This document shows, piece by piece, positions 58,150 through 64,000 of a stretch of DNA of 64,000 nt. The stretch's first letter is position 1; each line of letters starts with the position of its first letter. The notes beneath the pieces were generated by a model. The model was not told the origin of the DNA. It worked only from the letters and a program-made list of their open reading frames with translations, and did no database searches. The stretch comes from Bacteroides fragilis. GTDB taxonomy: Bacteria; Bacteroidota; Bacteroidia; Bacteroidales; DTGW01. Position numbers and translations under genes: made by a program. The stretch covers positions 227 through 64,226 of the forward strand of contig CAMDBI010000017.1 in assembly GCA_945889005.1 (NCBI GenBank). Reading direction: 5' to 3'.

Positions 58150-59499
58150 ATGGAACTTACTGCATTAACTTCTATTTCGCCTATCGATGGTCGATACAGA
58201 GATAAAACTTCTGAACTATCTGAATATTTCTCTGAGTTTGGATTGATTCGATATAGGGTTCAAATCGAGGTTGAATATTTTATTGAATTGTGCGAATTGT
58301 CTTTGCCTCAAATGGCAGGTTTCGATAAGAATTTATTCACTTTGTTGCGCGATTTATATTACAATTTTACGACTCATGATGCCCAACGTATCAAAGACAT
58401 TGAGAAAAATACCAATCACGATGTGAAAGCTGTTGAGTATTTTCTAAAAGAAAAATTTGACAACTTAGGTTTAAGTTCATACAAAGAGTTCATTCACTTT
58501 GGTTTAACATCGCAAGATATTAACAATACTGCCATACCATTGTCTTTAAAAGAGGCTGTCGAAAAAGTATATTATCCTTCTGTCGAAAAGTTACAATGTC
58601 AATTGTATTCGCTTGTTAAGGAATATGAGAATATTCCCATGCTGGCTCATACACATGGTCAGCCGGCATCTCCTACACGTTTGGGTAAGGAAATAAAGGT
58701 TTTTGCCGAACGTGTTGCTATTCAAATAGGCATGATGAAGCAAGTATCTTGGTCTGCCAAATTTGGTGGGGCAACAGGCAATTTCAATGCACATGCTGTT
58801 GCTTATCCTAAAATAGATTGGGTGGCATTTGCCAACAAGTTTGTAGAGATGAATTTGGGATTAAACCGATCTCAAACTACCACTCAGATTGAACACTACG
58901 ACAATCTAGCGGCTTTGTTTGATGCTATGAAACGCATTAATACAATTTTAATTGATTTTTCGCGCGATATGTGGACCTATATATCGATGGATTATTTCAA
59001 ACAACAAATTGCCAAAAACGAAACAGGTTCTTCGGCTATGCCTCATAAGGTAAACCCTATCGATTTCGAGAATGCCGAAGGTAATTTGGGGGTAGCTAAT
59101 GCAATGTTTGAGCATTTGTCTGCAAAACTTCCGATCTCACGTTTGCAGCGCGATCTAACAGATTCGACTGTTACCCGTAACGTGGGTGTACCTATTGCTC
59201 ATACGCTAATTGCTTTGAAATCGCTCAACAAGGGTTTGAGTAAAGTTTACGCCAACACCGACAAAATAAATTCACACTTGGAGGCCAATTGGGCTGTTGT
59301 TGCCGAAGGCGTACAAACCATACTAAGGCGCGAAGGATATCCAAATCCTTATGAAGCCTTGAAAGACTTGACCCGTACTTGCGAAGGAATTAATGCCAAT
59401 ACAATTAAATCGTTTATCGATTCCTTAAATATTTCGGAAAACGTCAAAGCCGAACTTCGGGCTTTAACTCCTCATTCGTATACAGGTTTACAGCTATAG
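58150..59499 (+). CDS. purB: Adenylosuccinate lyase
   Basis: 449 aa. SPIDGRY start and the fumarate-lyase signature GSSAMPHKVNPIDFEN. Confidence 0.95.
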   Translation: MELTALTSISPIDGRYRDKTSELSEYFSEFGLIRYRVQIEVEYFIELCELSLPQMAGFDKNLFTLLRDLYYNFTTHDAQRIKDIEKNTNHDVKAVEYFLKEKFDNLGLSSYKEFIHFGLTSQDINNTAIPLSLKEAVEKVYYPSVEKLQCQLYSLVKEYENIPMLAHTHGQPASPTRLGKEIKVFAERVAIQIGMMKQVSWSAKFGGATGNFNAHAVAYPKIDWVAFANKFVEMNLGLNRSQTTTQIEHYDNLAALFDAMKRINTILIDFSRDMWTYISMDYFKQQIAKNETGSSAMPHKVNPIDFENAEGNLGVANAMFEHLSAKLPISRLQRDLTDSTVTRNVGVPIAHTLIALKSLNKGLSKVYANTDKINSHLEANWAVVAEGVQTILRREGYPNPYEALKDLTRTCEGINANTIKSFIDSLNISENVKAELRALTPHSYTGLQL

Positions 59500-59502
59500 A
59501 GA

Positions 59503-60534
59503 TTATGGCTTTACAATGTTGAGTTCTACAATTATTGGCAAGTGGTCGCTGTAACCGCCCAAGTATTGGGGACCAGAATAAGTTCTAAAAGGAACTTTTT
59601 CGTTGTTCCTATTGCTTACCAAAAGAAAGTCGTCCGAAACGGCTCTAAACTTCTCTGAAGAGGTTGTAAGTCCCGATCTTGAGTTTATTAGGGTTTGCGA
59701 AACCATTATTTGGTCTATAGCAGACCACCGCCCTCTGTAATTATTGGTTCCTTTTCCTGCTTTCATAAGTGGAGTAGCCAAATTGATAAGGATTGAAGGG
59801 TTGTTGCTTTGTAACGACTTATTGAGTGTTAGTTCCTGTATCGATTTGCTATCGGGCTCGTCGTTAAAATCGCCCATAACAATCACTTTGCTGTTGTGGT
59901 TTTTGACAATAATCGAATCTATAGCTTTTTTAAGCGTTTGTGCTGCAAAAAGTCGGTATGGATCCGATGCTGCCGCACCTCCGAGTTTCGAAGGCCAATG
60001 ATTGACAAAAATATGAAGTGTGTCTTTCGAAGCTAATGCTACTCCTTTGATGTAAAGAATGTCGCGCGTTTTTTTGTGGGGTCTATCTTTTATTGTTAAA
60101 CGAATGGGTTTGCTGGCAACAACTTTGAACAAATCGGGTCTGTAAATAGCTGCTACATCTATACCTCGTGCATCGGGCGAGTCGTAGTGTACTATTTGGT
60201 AACGATATTTACTTATTGTACTCTTTCGTTGCAGCATTTCCAGTACCAAGCGGTTTTCGACTTCGCACATGCCAACAATGGCAGGCAGTTCCCATTGCCC
60301 AGCTGCAATTATTACTTGCGTAATATGTTCGAGTTTTGTATGAAGCCTGTTGTAGGTCCAATGCTTTTTGCTATTGGGAGTAAAGTCATTGTCGTTTTTG
60401 GTCGAATCGTCTTCGGGGTCGAAGAGATTTTCGACATTATAGAACATAATCTTAAAAGGTTTTATAGATGCATTTTGGCAAAAAACATGTGTGAATATTA
60501 TTGCTGATATAAAAAGTGTAAAAACGATTTTCAT
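59503..60534 (-). CDS. Secreted endonuclease/exonuclease/phosphatase (EEP) family protein
   Basis: 343 aa. Signal peptide. YNVENLFD start motif, and GDFND and SDHLP near the C-terminus. Confidence 0.75.
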   Translation of the reverse strand: MKIVFTLFISAIIFTHVFCQNASIKPFKIMFYNVENLFDPEDDSTKNDNDFTPNSKKHWTYNRLHTKLEHITQVIIAAGQWELPAIVGMCEVENRLVLEMLQRKSTISKYRYQIVHYDSPDARGIDVAAIYRPDLFKVVASKPIRLTIKDRPHKKTRDILYIKGVALASKDTLHIFVNHWPSKLGGAAASDPYRLFAAQTLKKAIDSIIVKNHNSKVIVMGDFNDEPDSKSIQELTLNKSLQSNNPSILINLATPLMKAGKGTNNYRGRWSAIDQIMVSQTLINSRSGLTTSSEKFRAVSDDFLLVSNRNNEKVPFRTYSGPQYLGGYSDHLPIIVELNIVKP

Positions 60535-61955
60535 TTTTCAATTCTTTCAATTGCACCAATATCGGATTTTGTAGATATTCGCGATTGTCCTTTTATATCT
60601 AAAGGGTATAATTGGGCAATAGAATCCGATCCAATATTGATAAGAACCGATAGCGTGTCGGGCGTGAAGTTGTACGAAAAATCTGAATTCGATTTAAAAA
60701 GACTTCGATTCGTTGAGAATTTATTTTTTTTGAAATTTGAAATATTTGTTGTGTCGAATTTAGAGTAATCGAGATCTAGAAAACAATTTTCAAATCTATA
60801 ATTGATATGTGTCGAATCTAATGTGTTGACGTTGAACGATGCTCCGTAATTACTTACAAGTACAGTGTTTCCAAAATAAATATTTAATTTATTTGAAGTA
60901 TTATTAAAAGTGTCGGTCAAAAATACCAAGTCTCCCTTATTTCTGCCGGTCAATTGGCCTACTTCGAAAAAGTCGGCAAGGGTACAATGAATGAATTCAA
61001 ATTGTCCTCCGCCAAATGCTGTAAACAACGACGATCCGGCATTTGCAATTACAGTATTGACAAGTTTAACACTTGAATTTTGTAAGTAAAAGCCGCAAAA
61101 TGAATTGTGTAATATTTGTGAATTGATGAACTCAAATTTTATTGAATAATAAGCGTTGGCGTTTGTCGATTTTATAGCTGTAATGGCATTTCTAATTTCG
61201 GTGTATGCAAAAATGTTGTTTTCAGAAGTGCTTTCGAATTCGATACCCGACCAGAGTCCTCCAATTATTTTGTAAGAAATATCGGGAAGCAGATTGTCGA
61301 ATCGGTCACAAGCCAACAAAACAGGCTTATTTAACTCTCCTTTACTTTGTATCGATCCTTTTACAATCATTTTAGCTTTGTTGTGAAAGAAAATTCGTGT
61401 ACCGGCTTCGAGTGTAAGCAGTTGTCCCGAATCGACCGTAAGTGTTCCATAAACCAAATATGGTTTTGCCGATGTAAAGGTATCTGTGGCAATATGTTTG
61501 TCGCGAAGAATAATTACATTTTGTCCCCAAGCCCGAAGCAATACTTTCTGTGTTTGCTCATTGGTAGAAAAAACAAGTTCGTCGTCGATATTTATTGGTT
61601 GGTTGTTGTTTTGTTGAGGATTGACGAGCTGTACAAAAATATACATGCTGTCTTTGGGGTAAAGCTCAATGTTTTCTACGCTTGTTTTAGACAAGCCGTC
61701 GATATTGATTTTATAGGCAGAAGCTGTACCTCCCGCAAGTGTAATTGATGATATTTTTAACGATTTGTTGTATCTATTGTAAACCATCAACTTGCGTGTC
61801 GATGTAGCAATAGTGTTGAATACCGTATCGAACGAAATAGTGTCGGTCGAAAAATACAATTGGGCATTGCTTGTTAGGTATTCTTCTTTTTCGCAGCTAC
61901 TTGTTATTAAGAAAAATAAAGCAGAAATAATAGCAGTTATGGAGTACTTATACAT
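60531..61955 (-). CDS. Hypothetical lipoprotein, probably with a beta-helix repeat fold
   Basis: Internal start MYKYSITAIISALFFLITSSC gives a lipobox. The longer ORF-track start (62045) would overlap the upstream CDGSH gene. The stop overlaps the EEP start by 4 nt. Confidence 0.55.
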   Translation of the reverse strand: MYKYSITAIISALFFLITSSCEKEEYLTSNAQLYFSTDTISFDTVFNTIATSTRKLMVYNRYNKSLKISSITLAGGTASAYKINIDGLSKTSVENIELYPKDSMYIFVQLVNPQQNNNQPINIDDELVFSTNEQTQKVLLRAWGQNVIILRDKHIATDTFTSAKPYLVYGTLTVDSGQLLTLEAGTRIFFHNKAKMIVKGSIQSKGELNKPVLLACDRFDNLLPDISYKIIGGLWSGIEFESTSENNIFAYTEIRNAITAIKSTNANAYYSIKFEFINSQILHNSFCGFYLQNSSVKLVNTVIANAGSSLFTAFGGGQFEFIHCTLADFFEVGQLTGRNKGDLVFLTDTFNNTSNKLNIYFGNTVLVSNYGASFNVNTLDSTHINYRFENCFLDLDYSKFDTTNISNFKKNKFSTNRSLFKSNSDFSYNFTPDTLSVLINIGSDSIAQLYPLDIKGQSRISTKSDIGAIERIEK

Positions 61956-61966
61956 CGTTACCAGAA

Positions 61967-62164
61967 TTAATCTCTTACTCCTTTTGTTTTGTGGGAACCA
62001 TCGCAAAATGGTTTGTCGTTCGAATGTCCGCAACGACATAGCCAAGCTTCATTTTTTATATCGTATTCCTTGCCGTTTGTGCCTTTAATAACAATATTTC
62101 CCTTAACATGTAAAGGTCCATTGGGCACAACTCTAAACTCAGTTATTTCATTATTGTTTACCAT
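61967..62164 (-). CDS. CDGSH iron-sulfur domain protein (single motif)
   Basis: 65 aa. CRCGHSNDKPFCDGSH is the canonical C-x-C-x2-S-x3-P-x-C-D-G-S-H motif. Confidence 0.85.
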   Translation of the reverse strand: MVNNNEITEFRVVPNGPLHVKGNIVIKGTNGKEYDIKNEAWLCRCGHSNDKPFCDGSHKTKGVRD

Positions 62165-62238
62165 ACATCTTTTTTATGTTCACTGTTAACTATCAACTAT
62201 CAACTGTCAACTATTCACTATTCACTGTTCACTATTAT
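62165..62238. repeat. TCAACT/TTCACT word-repeat spacer between the two CDGSH genes
   Basis: GTTCACTGTTAACTATCAACTATCAACTGTCAACTATTCACTATTCACTGTTCACTATT. Shares CAACTATTCACT with the 2047-2218 spacer. Confidence 0.8.
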
Positions 62239-62736
62239 TTACACCTCGCTTCTAAAGCCTGCTTTACGATGATATCCATCGCAGAAGGGCATAGAGTTTG
62301 ATTCGCCGCACCTGCAAAACGACATCATTTGCATCGATCGTAGTTCTTTACCGCCCGAATCATACACTTTAAACTTACCCTGAACCACATAGGGTCCATC
62401 TTTCATAATATTGATGTTAACAGGAGGATTGGTTTTGCTTTCGTTGGCAAATTCGAGAGCCTTTTTTATTTTTTCACTTTTTTGGTTTTCTTCAGACTTG
62501 TTTTTTTCTTCATCGACCCATTTATAGGTCAATGCCTCGGTTGGGCATTTATTTATTATGTCAATTATTTTTTCGGCAGGAGCACCGTTAATATCGACCC
62601 ATGGTCTTTTCCGGGGGTTAAATACTTCAATAAGTTCCCTGTAACAGGTTGTAGCATGAATACATTTGTCGGGTCGCCAAAAAACTGTTATTTCGTTATT
62701 AGAATATTCTCTGTTGCTCGAATCCATTTTAGTCAA
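62239..62736 (-). CDS. Divergent 4Fe-4S mono-cluster (Fer4_19-like) domain fused to a CDGSH-type domain
   Basis: 165 aa. N-terminal ITVFWRPDKCIHATTCY...INKCPTEALTY, a K/E-rich linker, and C-terminal CRCGESNSMPFCDGYH (Tyr in place of the usual Ser). Confidence 0.75.
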   Translation of the reverse strand: MTKMDSSNREYSNNEITVFWRPDKCIHATTCYRELIEVFNPRKRPWVDINGAPAEKIIDIINKCPTEALTYKWVDEEKNKSEENQKSEKIKKALEFANESKTNPPVNINIMKDGPYVVQGKFKVYDSGGKELRSMQMMSFCRCGESNSMPFCDGYHRKAGFRSEV

Positions 62737-62879
62737 AATAATTAATTAAAGGTAACTTACAACCACATTTTAACGTTATATGTGCAAATCTATTATATTA
62801 ATTTGACCAATTTGTTCTATAAATAATAAATTTTAATTGTAATTTTGTAGTGCAATATATATCAAACAAGTAACTTAAA

Positions 62880-63476
62880 GTGAAAACCATATTAAACATA
62901 TTGTTTTTTTTATTTACTGCACATTTTGTAAATGCAACAAGTTTCAATGCTATAAAACCCGATACATTGTTGTTTGAAATTGTTGATGGCGATACCTTGC
63001 CACTTTTGGTATACGACCCGGTTTATATAGTAAGTCCAACGGCTGAAATGTCTAAAAAACAGATAAAACAGTTTAATCGACTGGTTTACAATGTTAAAAA
63101 AGTATACCCCTATGCCATTATTGCAAAAGAAAAGCTTTGGGAAATAAACAATCATTTATTGACATTGAATAATGAACAAGAAAAGAAGTTATTTCTTGAT
63201 AGTGCCGAAAATGCTCTGATGCAGCGTTTTGAGAAAGAATTGAAAAAGCTTTCTATTTCTCAGGGCAAAATTCTTGTAAGACTTATCGATCGTGAAACAA
63301 ATCGTACTACTTATTCATTAGTAAAGGAACTTCGCAGTACATGGACGGCTATGTTTTGGCAGAGTTTGGGTCGACTGTTTGGATACAATCTTAAAGTTGA
63401 ATACGATCCTTCTAACAATGCCGAAGACCGCGAAATAGAAAGCATTATACAGAAAATCCACTGGGGCTTTTTGTAA
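62880..63476 (+). CDS. DUF4294-family secreted protein
   Basis: 198 aa, GTG start, signal peptide. QGKILVRLIDRETNRTTYSLVKELRS resembles DUF4294. Confidence 0.55.
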   Translation: MKTILNILFFLFTAHFVNATSFNAIKPDTLLFEIVDGDTLPLLVYDPVYIVSPTAEMSKKQIKQFNRLVYNVKKVYPYAIIAKEKLWEINNHLLTLNNEQEKKLFLDSAENALMQRFEKELKKLSISQGKILVRLIDRETNRTTYSLVKELRSTWTAMFWQSLGRLFGYNLKVEYDPSNNAEDREIESIIQKIHWGFL

Positions 63477-63721
63477 GTGTATTTTTATTACAACTACCAA
63501 ATTTTTCCCCTTTTTTACATTGAGATAATTCAATAATATTATATTTGCCAGGCATTATTAGTAAAAGCTTTAACTTATTTTTAAAGCTTATTGTGTTAAT
63601 AGTTTATGTTATTTAAAACATAGGCGTTGCCCTATGTTAATTGATAGAGTTAACTAAACGACATTTGTTTAACTATCTGTATTTGAGCTTTTATTTATTT
63701 ATAAAAAAATTAATTGATATT

Positions 63722-64000
63722 ATGGGAAAATCAGATGCATTAATTTTAAAAATTAATAATGGTAATAATTCTACATTTATAGAATTATATGGAAAAGATA
63801 CTGTTACGCTTGAAAATCAAGCAAAGCGTTATATTGCACAAATCAATAAATTTGTAGCTGAATTTAAAAATGATGATGTTGAATTATTTAGTTCACCTGG
63901 TCGTACCGAAATAGGTGGCAACCACACCGATCATAATTATGGTCGTGTATTGGCAGGAGCAGTAAATTTGGACAACATTGCTGTAGCTGCAAAAAATGGC
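63722..64000 (+). CDS. galK: Galactokinase, 5' partial (runs off the window)
   Basis: Open frame not in the ORF track because there is no stop. The translation contains FSSPGRTEIGGNHTDHNYGRVLAGAVNLD, the GHMP galactokinase signature. Confidence 0.7.
   Translation, partial: MGKSDALILKINNGNNSTFIELYGKDTVTLENQAKRYIAQINKFVAEFKNDDVELFSSPGRTEIGGNHTDHNYGRVLAGAVNLDNIAVAAKNG

Noticed and set aside
61956-62045. 30-codon N-terminal extension of the 504-aa ORF
   Set aside because: It overlaps the 3' end of the CDGSH gene (61967-62164). The internal Met gives a proper lipoprotein signal peptide (…LITSSC).

Overview
AT-rich Bacteroidota chromosomal window. Support for the phylum: a T9SS-type C-terminal sorting domain, TTTG/TAnnTTTG promoter motifs, rpsU-xerC-hpf-tRNA-tuf synteny, a DUF3467 gene after rpoC, and no Shine-Dalgarno sequences. 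Layout: (1) ilvD-ilvB-ilvN-ilvC operon, 226-6099. (2) A rearranged accessory patch, 6121-9614. A ~300-900 bp segment (ilvC terminator, DUF433/DUF5615 toxin-antitoxin pair, 50-aa zinc-ribbon ORF, rhomboid 5' end) is present twice as direct repeats. These bracket a ~2 kb insert carrying two PD-(D/E)XK nuclease paralogs (one with an in-frame stop) and two tiny membrane ORFs. The right-hand repeat has lost the TA pair and gained a 199-bp MITE-like palindromic element with a 10-bp direct duplication. (3) Housekeeping genes: rhomboid, tsaC, comEC, comEA-like, rpsU, xerC, hpf, tRNA-Thr/Tyr/Gly/Thr, tuf, tRNA-Trp, secE, nusG, rplKAJL, rpoBC, DUF3467. (4) A 2758-aa secreted protein (29637-37913, minus strand) made of five ~410-530-aa GLUG/Ig modules, two MBG domains and a T9SS tail. 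(5) Divergent from it, a 12.4 kb signalling island (38097-50445): CHASE/PAS hybrid kinase, REC-HisKA kinase, CheA, CheW, MCP, REC-HisKA_3 kinase and a NarL-type regulator, with no CheY/CheB/CheR in the window. I consider this the best candidate for an undescribed system: a chemoreceptor array wired into a kinase-to-kinase transcriptional relay in a lineage that normally lacks flagellar chemotaxis. (6) A tripartite split-HipA (HipBST-like) toxin-antitoxin module, 50467-51992. (7) cca, an orphan MCP, NfeD, mqnA, purB, an EEP nuclease/phosphatase plus beta-helix lipoprotein plus two CDGSH Fe-S proteins, DUF4294, and the 5' end of galK. Degenerate 7-9-nt 'word' repeat arrays fill several intra-operon spacers. 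No rRNA genes, CRISPR arrays, transposases or phage genes were seen. All calls rest on reading the translated ORFs and the DNA by eye; no database search was possible.
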